From an uncultured Chloroflexia bacterium (GTDB lineage Bacteria > Chloroflexota > Limnocylindria > Limnocylindrales > CSP1-4), in the NCBI GenBank assembly GCA_963763775.1, contig CAVXPZ010000003.1:224001-288000 (forward strand): a stretch of DNA of 64,000 nt, read 5' to 3'. Under the pieces are notes generated by a model, which ran no database searches, was not told the origin of the DNA, and saw nothing but the letters and a program-made list of their open reading frames with translations. Of this stretch, positions 41,616-52,758 are shown piece after piece. A program made the translations under genes and the position numbers. The first letter of the stretch is position 1. Each line of letters opens with the position of its first letter.

Positions 41616-42971
41616 GTGAGCCAGCGCACCGCGGGCCTCCTGCGGAACCCCGACTTCCTCCGTCTCTGGACCGCCGAGACGATCAGCCAGTTCGGCAGCC
41701 AGGTCAGCGGCCTGGCGATCCCACTGATCGCGGCCACCGTCCTCCAGGTCACGCCGTTCGAGTTCGGGCTGCTCGCCACGATCGAGTTCCTGCCGTTCAT
41801 CCTGCTCAGCCTGCCGGCCGGCGTCTGGGTGGACCGGCTCCGGCGACGCCCGATCCTCATCGTCGGCGACCTCGGGCGCGCGGCGGCGCTCGCGTCGCTC
41901 CCCATCGCCTTCGCGCTCGGGAGCCTGACCATCTGGCAGCTCTACATCGTCGGGTTCGTCGTCGGCTGTCTGACCGTCTTCTTCGACGTCGCCTATCAGT
42001 CCTACCTGCCGGCCCTCGTCGAGCGCGACCAGCTGGTCGAGGGCAACTCCAAGCTCGAGATCAGCCGGTCGGCGGCCGCGGTCGTCGGGCCGGGCTTCAC
42101 CGGCCTCGTGATCGGGCTGATCGGCGCCGCGACGGCGGTCGTCTTCGACGTCGTCAGCTTCGTGCTCTCCGCGTTCTTCATCTGGCGGATCCGGCGCGTG
42201 GAGCCCGACCCGACCCGCACGGCGACCGGCGAGCCCGCCGAGCCTGGCCTGGGCATGCGCCGGGAGGTCGCCGAGGGGCTCCGATACGTCCTCGGCAACC
42301 GCTATCTGCGCAGCATCGCCGCGTGTACCGGGACATCGAACCTGTTCTTCAACATGATGGGCGCGGTCCTGATCCTCTACGCCGTCCGGGAGCTCGGGAT
42401 CGGCGCGGCGGGGATCGGGTTCGTCATCTCGATCGGCGCGCTCGGGTTCCTGGCCGGCGCGTTCGCCGCGAACCGGATCGCCACCAGGATCGGCGTCGGC
42501 CCGACGATCGTGATCGCGGCGTTCCTGAGTTTCCCGGCCGCGCTGCTGATCGCCGCCGCACCGGCCGCGTCCGCGATCCCGCTCTTCGTGCTCTCGTTCA
42601 TGATCGAGGGCGTCGCCCAGGTGGTCTACAACATCAACCAGGTCAGCTTCCGACAGGCCATCACCCCGGAGCGGATGCAGGGCCGGATGAACGCGACGAT
42701 GCGGTTCGTCGTCTGGGGCACGATCCCGATCGGCTCGCTGCTCGGGGGTGCGCTCGGGGGCATCATCGGCCTGCACGAGACGATCTGGCTGGCCGCGATC
42801 GGCCAGGTCATCCCGCCCCTCTTCGTGCTGTTCAGCCCGGTCCGCAGCATCGGGGCCATGCCGGCACCCAGCGACGACGAGGGCGCAGGCCCTGGAGCGG
42901 GGGCGGGACCCGGTCCGGGCTTCGGGGCTGGGCCGATGGCGGGCGACCCGGACGCCACCGCGTCGGCCTGA
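41616..42971 (+). CDS. MFS transporter (MFS_3/EntS-like)
   Basis: ~12 TM segments, GVWVDRLRRRP (MFS motif A) and RQAITPERMQGRMNA. Confidence 0.92.
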   Translation: MSQRTAGLLRNPDFLRLWTAETISQFGSQVSGLAIPLIAATVLQVTPFEFGLLATIEFLPFILLSLPAGVWVDRLRRRPILIVGDLGRAAALASLPIAFALGSLTIWQLYIVGFVVGCLTVFFDVAYQSYLPALVERDQLVEGNSKLEISRSAAAVVGPGFTGLVIGLIGAATAVVFDVVSFVLSAFFIWRIRRVEPDPTRTATGEPAEPGLGMRREVAEGLRYVLGNRYLRSIAACTGTSNLFFNMMGAVLILYAVRELGIGAAGIGFVISIGALGFLAGAFAANRIATRIGVGPTIVIAAFLSFPAALLIAAAPAASAIPLFVLSFMIEGVAQVVYNINQVSFRQAITPERMQGRMNATMRFVVWGTIPIGSLLGGALGGIIGLHETIWLAAIGQVIPPLFVLFSPVRSIGAMPAPSDDEGAGPGAGAGPGPGFGAGPMAGDPDATASA

Positions 42972-43034
42972 GGGACGCGGCCGCGCCGACGGACCAGGCA
43001 GCCATCCGGCCGGGTCGGCCGGAACGACCGGAAG

Positions 43035-44695
43035 TCAGCCCTCGAGCATCGGGACGCGCACGCCGCGCTCCCGGGCGATATCGATGGCGTGCTCGTACCC
43101 GGCGTCCACGTGCCGGAGCACGCCCATCGCCGGGTCCGCGGTGAGGACCCGCTCGAGCTTCTGCGCCGCGAGCGGCGTGCCGTCCGCGACGACGACCATC
43201 CCGGCGTGCTGGCTGTACCCGATCCCGACGCCGCCGCCGTGGTGGATCGACACCCACGTCGCGCCGGCCGCGGTGTTGACCAGCGCATTGAGCAACGGCC
43301 AGTCCGCGACCGCGTCCGAGCCGTCGAGCATCGATTCGGTCTCGCGGTTGGGCGAGGCCACCGAGCCGGAGTCCAGATGGTCCCGGCCGATGACGATCGG
43401 CGCGCTGACCTCGCCGGTCCGGACGAGCTCGTTGAACGCCAGGCCGGCCTTCGCCCGCTCGCCGTAGCCGAGCCAGCAGATGCGTGCCGGGCAGACCCTG
43501 GAACGGCACGCGCGACTCGGCCATCTCGATCCAGCGATGCAGGCCGGCGTCGTCGGGGAACAGCTCGAGGACCGCGCGGTCCGTGCGGAGGATGTCGGCG
43601 GGGTCGCCCGAGAGCGCCGCCCACCGGAACGGCCCGCGGCCCTCGCAGAACTGTGGCCGGATGAACGCGGGCACGAACCCGGGGTACGCGAACGCGTCCT
43701 CGACGCCCGCCTCCTTCGCGAAGGCGCGAAGGTTGTTGCCGTAGTCGAAGACCACGGCGCCGGCGGCCTGGAAGGCCAGCATCGCGCGGACGTGGGCCGC
43801 CATCGAGCCGCGCGACCGGCGCTCGTACTCCTCGGGAAGGCGGGACCGGAGCTCGATGGCATCGGCCAGCGAGATCTCCGCGGGGACGTAGCCGCCGAGC
43901 GGGTCGTGGGCCGACGTCTGGTCGGTCACGAGGTCGAAGCGTTCGCCGGCGGCGGCCCAGGCCGGCTCGATCTCCGCGGCGTTGCCGACGAGCGCGATGC
44001 TCACGGACTCCCCGCTGGCGGCCGCCTCGCGCGCCCAGGCGAGGGCCTCGGCGGGGTCATGGGTCAGGCGGTCGACGTAGCGCGATCTCGAGCCGGCGAC
44101 GGGCCCGCGCCTCGTCGACCTCGATGGCGATGCAGACCCCGTCGTTCATCGTGACCGCGAGCGGTTGCGCACCGCCCATGCCGCCGAGCCCGGCCGTGAG
44201 CGTCACGGTGCCGCGCAGCGTCCCGCCGAAGTGCTGCCGCCCGGCCTCCGCGAAGGTCTCGAACGTGCCCTGGAGGATGCCCTGCGTCCCGATATAGATC
44301 CAGGACCCGGCGGTCATCTGGCCGTACATCATCAGGCCGCGTCGCTCGAGGTCCCGGAAGTGCTCCCAGGTCGCCCACTTGCCGACGAGGTTCGAGTTCG
44401 CGATCAGCACGCGCGGCGCCCACGGGTGGGTCCGCAGCACGCCGACGGGCTTGCCGGATTGCACGAGCAGCGTCTCGTCGTCCTCGAGCCGGCGCAGCTC
44501 GCGGACGATCGCGTCGAAGGCGTCCCACGATCGGGCCGCCCGGCCGGTGCCGCCGTAGACGACGAGGTGGTCCGGGTCCTCCGCGACCTCCGGGTCGAGG
44601 TTGTTCATCAGCATCCGGAGCGCCGCTTCCTGCTGCCAGCCGCGGCAGGAGAGCTCGGTGCCGCGGGGGGCTCGGACAGGTCGAGGACCGGACAT
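43035..44695 (-). CDS. hutU: Urocanate hydratase; frameshifts (~44085, ~43490)
   Basis: [60 protein letters not shown] and HHGGGVG. Confidence 0.97.
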
Positions 44696-44718
44696 GCGGA
44701 GAGCCTAGCCGACCGGGC

Positions 44719-45402
44719 CTACGGTCGGAGACCGGCCACGACGCCCTCGCCGAGCCGGCCCGAGCCGACCGCGATGATCGACACCAGGACGTCGTCGTCC
44801 CGGTGCAGGTGGTAGGTGGTGGCGCCACCGGCGCACGAGCCGACATGGACCTCGGCCGTGCCGATCGTCCGGACCGTCTCCGCCCCGGTCACGCCGCCCG
44901 CGGCCTCGCAGGCCGAGCTGTCGTAGTCGCTCCGCCAGCGGTCGAAGAACGCGTCGGAGAAGACCCCGGGCCGGAGGCGGACGAGGCTGACGACGGCGAG
45001 ATCGTCCCCGCTCGAGTCGCCCGGCCCGACATAGCGGGCGATCGCGACGGCCGAGGCCGACGCGGCGAGATCCGGGTTCGAGACGAGCGAGGCGGCCGTG
45101 ACCGGGTCGCCCTCCATCTCGACGGCGCCGACGGTCGGCGGGAGGATGTCCAGCAGTCCGGCATCGACGACGAGGCCGGGCCCGGCCGAGACCGAGGCCG
45201 ACACCACCGGCGTCGGCGCGGCGCTCGAGGACGGCGAGGCCAGCCCCGCCGTCGACTCGACGGCCGTCGCGGCCACGGTCGGCGTCGGCGCCGGCTCGAC
45301 GGCGGTCGGCGGGCTCGCCGTCGGTGGCGTCACGCCACAGCCCGCCGCGATCAGCGCGAGCCCGATGAGCCACGAGCATGGCCGGACGCGCGAGCGGGTC
45401 AC
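44719..45402 (-). CDS. Hypothetical lipoprotein
   Basis: Lipobox IAAGC, Pro/Thr/Ala linker and a globular C-terminal domain with a Cys pair; GTGA-coupled to the upstream gene. Confidence 0.65.
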   Translation of the reverse strand: MTRSRVRPCSWLIGLALIAAGCGVTPPTASPPTAVEPAPTPTVAATAVESTAGLASPSSSAAPTPVVSASVSAGPGLVVDAGLLDILPPTVGAVEMEGDPVTAASLVSNPDLAASASAVAIARYVGPGDSSGDDLAVVSLVRLRPGVFSDAFFDRWRSDYDSSACEAAGGVTGAETVRTIGTAEVHVGSCAGGATTYHLHRDDDVLVSIIAVGSGRLGEGVVAGLRP

Positions 45403-46178
45403 CCGAGCTCGCGGCGCATGACGGGGAACCGCGGGTCGTCGACGGCGCGCTCGAACCCCGCGGCCTCCCAGAAGGCGGGCGTGGCGGCACTCGTGGCGTC
45501 GGGCCGTGCCGCGGCCTCCGGGTAGGCCTCGACCGCGGCGAACCCGCGAGTTTCCAGGTCGTCGCAGATGGCCGCCACGAGCCGAAGCCCGAGTCCACGG
45601 CCACGAGCCGCGGCCGTCGTCGCGACGCAGGTGATGACCGCGGGCAGCGGCGAGTCGGGGAGTTGCGGATAGAGGTCGCGGGTCCGCTGGGCGCGCGGAT
45701 ACGCGGTCAGCGGCCCGAACTGGCCGTAGACCGCGGCCTCGCCGTCGACCGAGAGGACCTTCGCGTAACTCCCCACCACGGCCAGCCCGCGAGACAGCAG
45801 TTGCAGCTTCCGTGGAGCCCCTGGGTCGACGACCGGGTCGCTGGCGGCGGCCGGCGCGAACGGGTTGGGCAGCGTTTCGCGATCGTCGTCGAGGAACGGG
45901 TTCAGGACGGTCGGACCGGCCGAGGGCGCGAACGGGTTGACGGCCGGAGGAGCCGGCCGCTCGGCGAGGAACGGGTTGTCGGCCGCGCCGTGTGCGGCCG
46001 ACTCGGTAGCGGGCCGCGGCTTTGGCGGCTCGAGCCACGCGAGCCGCGACGCCTTGGAGCCGCGATCGGCGTCCTCCCAGTGGTCGCAGGTCCGGTGGTC
46101 GAACCCGGGATCGGCGCATGGCGGGATGCGCCGGAAACCGGCCTCGTCGATCACGTCCTCGATGCGGATCTCGACCAT
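45399..46178 (-). CDS. GNAT-fold acetyltransferase-like protein with low-complexity NPF-repeat insert
   Basis: YGQFGP, VITCVATTAAARGRGLG (acetyl-CoA motif A), AVEAYP and FWEAAGFE. Confidence 0.75.
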   Translation of the reverse strand: MVEIRIEDVIDEAGFRRIPPCADPGFDHRTCDHWEDADRGSKASRLAWLEPPKPRPATESAAHGAADNPFLAERPAPPAVNPFAPSAGPTVLNPFLDDDRETLPNPFAPAAASDPVVDPGAPRKLQLLSRGLAVVGSYAKVLSVDGEAAVYGQFGPLTAYPRAQRTRDLYPQLPDSPLPAVITCVATTAAARGRGLGLRLVAAICDDLETRGFAAVEAYPEAAARPDATSAATPAFWEAAGFERAVDDPRFPVMRRELG

Positions 46179-46360
46179 CGCAGGGCTGAGTCTACGGCTC
46201 GAGCGTGCTCGCAACGGGCTCCGACGGCTCTCGGCACGCCGATGAACGGTGTTGACGGGTGGCGACAGTGTTGACCGAGTGCCACAATCGGTTTGCTAGA
46301 GTCCGCCGACGTGGAACGTGTCCTCGGGGTACACGGCCCGCAGCTCGGGGAAGGGAACGC

Positions 46361-46993
46361 ATGTACATGGCGACGTCGCCGAAGGATGCGTACGCGGTCC
46401 TGGGGGTCGACCCCGCGGCTGACGACGCCACCATCGCTGCGGCTTACCGGGTCCTGGCACGTCGGTTCCATCCGGACATCGCCGGTGAATCGGCCACCCG
46501 CCGCATGATGCGCATCAACGCGGCTTGGGACATGTTGCGCAGTCCGACGCGGCGGGAAGCCTACGATCAGGAGCTGGCGGAGGTCGATCCCGCGCGTGCG
46601 GCCGCCGCCCGACGCCGTCCGTACCGGGCGAGGCCCGCGTCCTGGGGCCACGAGCGACCCTCCGGGTCGAGTGCCGCCTCCTCCACCCGGACCGATGGCG
46701 CCGGCACGACCGGCGCCGCTGGGTCCTGGACCCCCGAACGACCGTCGCAACGCGATGGCACCGGTGCGGCGGGTCGCCCGCCGGGCCGACCGTCCGGGAC
46801 CGTGCTGCCGTTCGGGCGCCATCTCGGCTGGTCGCTCGGGGAGATCGCCCGCGTGGACCCCGGCTACCTGGTCTGGCTCGAGGAGCGCCCGGAAGGCCGC
46901 CCGTATCTCGAGGAGATCGACGGGATCCTCCGGCGCAGCGGCTTCCGCACGAACGCCGAGCCCGAGAAGAAGAAGGGCCGGTTCGGCCGCTAG
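46361..46993 (+). CDS. J-domain protein with C-terminal PFGxH (DUF3820/ExoX C-terminal-like) domain
   Basis: AYAVLGV...ARRFHPD...INAAWDML...RREAYD; C-terminal LPFGRHLGWSLGEIARVDPGYLVWL. Confidence 0.85.
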   Translation: MYMATSPKDAYAVLGVDPAADDATIAAAYRVLARRFHPDIAGESATRRMMRINAAWDMLRSPTRREAYDQELAEVDPARAAAARRRPYRARPASWGHERPSGSSAASSTRTDGAGTTGAAGSWTPERPSQRDGTGAAGRPPGRPSGTVLPFGRHLGWSLGEIARVDPGYLVWLEERPEGRPYLEEIDGILRRSGFRTNAEPEKKKGRFGR

Positions 46994-47015
46994 TCGCTGA
47001 GCGCCGGTTCGGCCG

Positions 47016-48638
47016 CTAGGGGCCCGCGAGATCGGCCAGGGTCCCGCCGTGGACCAGGTCGAAGGCGGCCGCGAGATCCGGACCGGGCTCCCGGTCCTCC
47101 TCGAGGTGCGTGACGACGGCCCGCACGCGAGCCCGCGCCTCGCGGACGCCCTCGCCTGGCTCGACCGGCGCTCCGACCGTGCCCACCATCGCGAGCCGCA
47201 GGTCGAGCGCCTGGGTCGCCACCAGCAGCTCGATGGCCACGATCCGCTCGACGCCCTCGAGGACGCGGCGGGCGTGCCGCGCGCTCGTCGCCCCCATCGA
47301 GACGTGGTCTTCCTGGTTGGCGCTGGTCGGGATCGAATCGGCCGACGACGGATGGGCCAGCGTCTTGTGCTCCGACGCGAGGGCGGCCGCCGTGTACTGG
47401 TAGATCATCATCCCCGAGTCGATCCCCGATGACGCCGCGAGGAACGGCGGCAGCCCGCCGTTCAGGCGCTGATCGACAAGCAGCGCGGTCCGCCGCTCGC
47501 TGATCGACCCGAGCTCCGCGACCGCCAGCTTGGCGAAGTCGAGCGCCAGGGCGATCGGCTCGCCGTGGAAGTTCCCGCCGCTGATCACGCGTCCGCCGCC
47601 CGTGGCCAAGGTGTCGGCCGCGGCGACCCCGCCGCCCGAGAAGACGAGCGGGTTGTCCGTGGCGGAATTCAGCTCGATGTCGAGGACGCGTCGCAGGTGG
47701 TCGAGCGCGTCGCGGACGGCGCCGTGGACCTGCGGTACGCAACGCAAGGAGTACGGGTCCTGGACCTTGTGCGCCGAGGCGTGATGGCTGTGTTGCAGGT
47801 CGCTGTCGCGAAGGAGGTGGCGCAGCTGGGCGGCGACCGCGATCTGTCCGGGATGGGGACGAGCCAGCTGGTACGCGGCCGCGAACGCGACGTCCGTCCC
47901 GAGCAGGGCCTCGACGCTGATCGCCGCGGCCACGGACGCGGTGCGGACCAGCCTGTCGGCGTCCGCGAGCAGCAACGCCCCGATCGCGCTCATGAGCTGG
48001 GTCCCGTTGAGGAGGGCCAGGCCCTCCTTGGCCTGCAGGTCCAGGGGCTCGAGCCCTGTCTCGCGGAGGGCGATCAGTGACGGCACGACCTGGCCGTGGA
48101 ACTCCACCTGGCCGCGGCCGATGAGCGGCAGGGCGAGATGCGCGAGTGGCGCGAGGTCCCCGGACGCCCCGACGCTCCCCTGCTCCGGGACCACCGGATG
48201 GATGCCGAGCGCCAGGAATTCGAGCAATCGGTCGACGATCAGCGGCCGACAGCCGCTATGCCCGAGGGCGAGCGTGTTCGCGCGGAGGAGCAGCATCGCG
48301 CGGACGACCTCCTGCGCGAAGGCCGGGCCGACGCCGGCCGCGTGGCTCATCAACAGCCGTCGCTGGAGCTCCGCGGATCGCTCCGGTGGGACGAAGGTCG
48401 TGGCCAGGTCGCCGAACCCGGTCGTCACGCCATAGACGACCGCGCCCTCGGCCACGAGGGATTCGATGACGTCGCGCGCCTCCTGCATCCGCTCGCGCGC
48501 GTGGACGTCGAGCGCGGCTCGCACGCCGTGCCGGGCGACGGCCTCGACGTCCGCGACGGTCAGGTCCGCCCCGGTGAGGACGACCTGGTCGACCCCTCCA
48601 CGGTCCGGGTAGAAGTGCGGGACCTCCGGCTCACTCAC
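47016..48638 (-). CDS. hutH: Histidine ammonia-lyase
   Basis: YGVTTGFG, GSVGASGDLAPL (MIO-forming ASG), KEGLALLNG, QDPYSLRC, GGNFHG and NQEDHVSMG. Confidence 0.97.
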   Translation of the reverse strand: MSEPEVPHFYPDRGGVDQVVLTGADLTVADVEAVARHGVRAALDVHARERMQEARDVIESLVAEGAVVYGVTTGFGDLATTFVPPERSAELQRRLLMSHAAGVGPAFAQEVVRAMLLLRANTLALGHSGCRPLIVDRLLEFLALGIHPVVPEQGSVGASGDLAPLAHLALPLIGRGQVEFHGQVVPSLIALRETGLEPLDLQAKEGLALLNGTQLMSAIGALLLADADRLVRTASVAAAISVEALLGTDVAFAAAYQLARPHPGQIAVAAQLRHLLRDSDLQHSHHASAHKVQDPYSLRCVPQVHGAVRDALDHLRRVLDIELNSATDNPLVFSGGGVAAADTLATGGGRVISGGNFHGEPIALALDFAKLAVAELGSISERRTALLVDQRLNGGLPPFLAASSGIDSGMMIYQYTAAALASEHKTLAHPSSADSIPTSANQEDHVSMGATSARHARRVLEGVERIVAIELLVATQALDLRLAMVGTVGAPVEPGEGVREARARVRAVVTHLEEDREPGPDLAAAFDLVHGGTLADLAGP

Positions 48639-48697
48639 CGGTCCGAGGATAGTCGGCTATCCTCGCCGGTGCCCGCCCACCCCACCATGAGGCCTGC

Positions 48698-49376
48698 GTG
48701 CTCGCGTTCATCGACCAGATCGTCATCCCGTTCCTGAACAACCTGTACGGCGCCGTCGGCTACGTCGGCGTCATGCTCGCGATGGCGATCGAATCCGCGA
48801 TGGTCCCGCTCCCGTCGGAGCTGATCCTGCCGTACGCCGGCTTCCTGGTCTCCGACCCGACCCAGATCGAGCCGCTGACCGGGGCGGCGTGGAACTTCTG
48901 GGTCGTCGTGGTCGTTCGCGACGATCGGCAACACGATCGGCTCGCTCATCGCCTACGCCATCGGGGCGTACGGCGGCCGGCCGTTCCTCGAGCGGTACGG
49001 GAAGTACCTGTTGATCCGCCAGCACGAGATCGACCTCGCCGACCGCTTCTTCCGAGACCACGGCAATGCCACGGTCTTCATCGGCCGACTGCTGCCGATC
49101 GTGCGGACCTTCATCAGCTTCCCCGCCGGCGTGGCGCGGATGCGACTCGCGCCGTTCATCCTCTACTCGACGGCCGGCGCGTTCCTCTGGTCGACGATCC
49201 TCGTCTACGCCGGGACGCTCCTCGGCGACAACTGGGTGGACATCCGCCACGCGCTCCAGCCGTTCGACCTGCTGATCGCGGTCGGCGTGGTCGCCTTGGT
49301 CCTCGGGTTCATCTGGTGGCGGGTCGGGATGCCCGGCAAGCCCGGCCGTTCGAAGCCGACCGAGGGCGAGCCCTAA
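48698..49376 (+). CDS. DedA family membrane protein; frameshift near 48915
   Basis: IESAMVPLPSELILPYAG and FIGRLLPIVRTFISFPAG. Confidence 0.9.
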
Positions 49377-49492
49377 GGCTGCCTGCGGACCAGCTCCGGC
49401 GGACCTAAGGGTCCTGCCGATTTCGGACGACCACCCCTTAGAGGCATCGTCATCCCATCGAACCGAGCCACACGGATCGGTCGGACGGGAGC

Positions 49493-49681
49493 ATGACGAT
49501 GAACGACACCGGACGGATGGCCCTCCTCCTCCACGACGGACACCGCGAGGCCGATCGCCATCATGCCGACGAATGGCGCCGCGCCCAGGCGAAGCTCGAT
49601 GCGTCGCCGCTGCAGAAGATCGACTCGACACCGCGCCGGTCGGTCGCCTGGATCCTTCGGCTCACCGCTCGCCACGCCTAA
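49493..49681 (+). CDS. Small hypothetical protein (62 aa)
   Basis: GGGAG RBS before the ATG; fills the gap between dedA and the LuxR regulator. No recognisable motif. Confidence 0.5.
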   Translation: MTMNDTGRMALLLHDGHREADRHHADEWRRAQAKLDASPLQKIDSTPRRSVAWILRLTARHA

Positions 49682-49734
49682 GCGTCGGCGTCGGGGGCCG
49701 CGCAAGATCGTTGTCGCCAAGACAGGCGAAGTCC

Positions 49735-52700
49735 ATGATCGGCGGCGTGACCCGCCGTGGCAGCAGCCCGGTCTTCGTCGGGCGTCGCGAGGAACTCGAT
49801 CGGCTCGCGGCGGCCTATGCCCGCGCGACCGAGGGTCGGCCGTCGATGGTGCTGATCGCCGGCGAGGCGGGAGTCGGCAAGAGCCGACTCGTGGCGGAGC
49901 TCGTGAGCGCGGTCGGCGAGGCGGGCGGCTCAGCGGCGATCGGCGGATGCCTCGATCTGGGTGAAGGTGGCCTGCCCTATGCCCCGTTCACGGAGGCGCT
50001 CCGGATCATCCATCGATCGTCGGATGCGGCAGCGGTCGACGAGGTGTTCGGTCCAGCGGCCGCCGCCCTCTCGACCCTCATCCCCGAGCTGTCGTCGCTG
50101 GCCTCGAACCCGGCCGAGAGCCGATCCGACCCGACGGGTCGAACGGCGCGATTGTTCGACGCGGTCATCGGGACGCTCGGCCGGCGCGCCGCATCACAGC
50201 CACTCGTGCTCGTGCTCGAGGACATCCATTGGGCCGACGGGTCGACCCGCGACCTGATCCGATTCCTGGTGCGCAACGTCCGCGGCGAACGGCTCCTGAT
50301 GGTGGCGACGTACCGCAGCGACGACCTGCATCGGCGACATCCGCTCATGCCGCTGCTCGCTGAGCTCGATCGATCGGAGGCGGTCGAGCGCCTCGAGCTG
50401 CCGCGGTTCGGTCTCGCCGAGTTGCGCGACCAGCTCGGCGGCGATCCTGGGCCAGGCCCCGGCGTCGGAGGTCGTGGCCACCATGCTCCAGCGCTCGGAC
50501 GGCATCCCGTTCTACGTCGAAGAGCTGGTCGGTCCGGGAGGACGACGACGCTCGATCCCTCCCGACGTCGCTGCGAGACATCCTCGTCCAGCGCCTGGCA
50601 AGGCTGTCCAGCGGATCGTCGGACGTCATCCGGGCGGCATCGGTCATCGGAGGGCGTTGCTCGCACGATCGCCTCGCGGCCGTCGTCGAGATGGATCACG
50701 AAGACCTCATCCACGCCATTCGCGACGCGATCGACGCCGGGATCCTGGTATCGGCCGACGATGCCGGCGGGCCTGGCTATACCTTCCGCCACGCGCTCCT
50801 GCGCGAGGCCGCGTACGACGATCTCCTTCCCGCGGAGCGGGTCGCGCTTGCATGCTCGGGTCGCCGATGTCCTCGAGTCGTTGCCGGCGGTCGATCAGGA
50901 CGTCGACCCAGCCATGATCACCGACTTCGCGGTCCATGCGTACCTGGCTCACGATCAGCCAAGGGCCCTCGATGGAGCCGTCAGGGCGATGGCTATCCTC
51001 ATCCATGCCGCAGCGTTCCGCGAGGCGCTCGCCCACGCGGAGCGCGCGCTCGAGCTTTGGCCACGAGTGGACGGGGCGGCCGAACGCACGGGCGTGGATC
51101 GCGTGGGCCTGCTCTCGCTGGCGGCACGAACCGCCGGCAATGCTGGTGACATCACGGCCGCCGTCGCGTTCGCAAGGATCGCCGTCGACGAGGTCAGCGA
51201 CGACGACACGCCTGAACGGCTGGCCGGATTGCTCACGGACCTCTGGGTCGCCGCCTGGGAGGCCGATGACACCGATCTTGCGCGATCGGCCGCCGAACGC
51301 GCCCTGGTCATCGTCGACCCATTGCCGCCGACGAGTCTCAAGGCTCGAGTCCTGCTCCAGGCCGGTAGCGATCGATGGACCGCTGGCGATCACCGCGCCG
51401 CCATCACGCTCTACGAAGCGTCCATGGCCATCGCGACCGAGCTCGGCGATGCCGCGGCGTGGGTGATCGCCGCCAGTCCCCCTTGCGCATTCGCTGGCCA
51501 ACCTGGCACGACCCGGACGGGCGGCCGTCCTCGTCGACCGAGCGCAGGCGATGTCGATCCCGTTCGATGGGACGGTCTGGCCGTTCTGGGTGGCGGTCGA
51601 CCAGGGCATGGTCCTCTGGTTCTCCGGCCGATTCGAGGACTCGCGGCGCACCTTCGAGAACGCCTCCGAGGCCGCCATCCGCTACGGTCTCGACGATCGA
51701 CTCGGTCCGTGGCTCATCCCGACGGACGCCATGTTGGAACTGGGCCTCTACCACGACCTCGAGGTCCGGCTCGAGCAGACACGTGCGAGCTCGATGCTCG
51801 ACCATCGTTTGCTCGGCGTAGCCTCGTTCCTGACCAGACTTCACGTCGCGCGGGGTCGGTTCGACGAGGCTCGAGAGATCATCGCCAGACGGCCGGATCC
51901 GGGAGGGACCGGCATTCGGATCTGGCAGATCGAAGCAGACCTCCTGCTCGCTCGGGCCGAAGGCCGGTTCGAGGACATCCGCTCGGGGGTCGACGAGGCG
52001 CGGGCCCTGTCGAAGAGTGGTGACATCGACGGGGCCATGTGGTTCATCTTCGGCGTCGGGATCGGCGGCGCGGCGGATCGGTCGGTCGTTGCTCGGCAGC
52101 GTCGCCAGGACAGCGAGGCCGACGAGAACGCCGCCTTGGCCCAGGCCTGGTTCGACGAGCTGGGCGTCCTTGCCGAGCAAGCCCGGAGCGACGGAGGAGC
52201 GGGCCCCTTCTTCGAGGCCATCCTCACGACGGCCGAGGCGGAGTTCGGTCGAGCGCAGGGTACCTCGTCAAGTACCGCATGGGCGTCGGCGGTCGACCGC
52301 TGGCACGCCCTGTCGCACCCTTGGCAGACGGCCTACGCACGACTTCGTCTTGCGGAAGCGATCCTCGATGTCAGCGGGGATCGAGATGCGGCGACGCTCC
52401 TGCTACGAGACGCGGACCGTGGCGCAGCGTCGATCGGCGCTCCGCCGTTGGAGGGGATGATCGCGTCGGTCGCCGGGCGGGCGAGGATCACCCTGAGGGC
52501 GCCTTCGGCGCCCGAGCCTCAAGCCGCGGCATCGACGGGCGATGCGCGACCGAGCCTGACCGCGCGCGAGCGCGACGTCCTGCGGCTCGTCGCCGCCGGT
52601 CACACGAACCGCGAGATCGGCGACCAGCTGTTCATCAGCGAGAAGACGGTCAGCGTCCACGTCTCGAACGCGATGGCCAAGCTCGGCGCGTTGTCGCGGT

Positions 52701-52742
52701 ATGAGGCGGCGGCGGCCGCGCAGGGGCGAGGGCCTGCTCTGA
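49735..52742 (+). CDS. Large ATP-binding LuxR family (LAL) regulator: AAA+ domain, TPR-like region, HTH-LuxR; multiple frameshifts
   Basis: FVGRREEL, Walker A GEAGVGKS, LEDIHWAD, FRHALLREA and LTARERDVLRLVAAGHTNREIGDQLFISEKTVSVHVSN. Confidence 0.9.
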
Positions 52743-52758
52743 GGCAGCCGCGCGGTGT

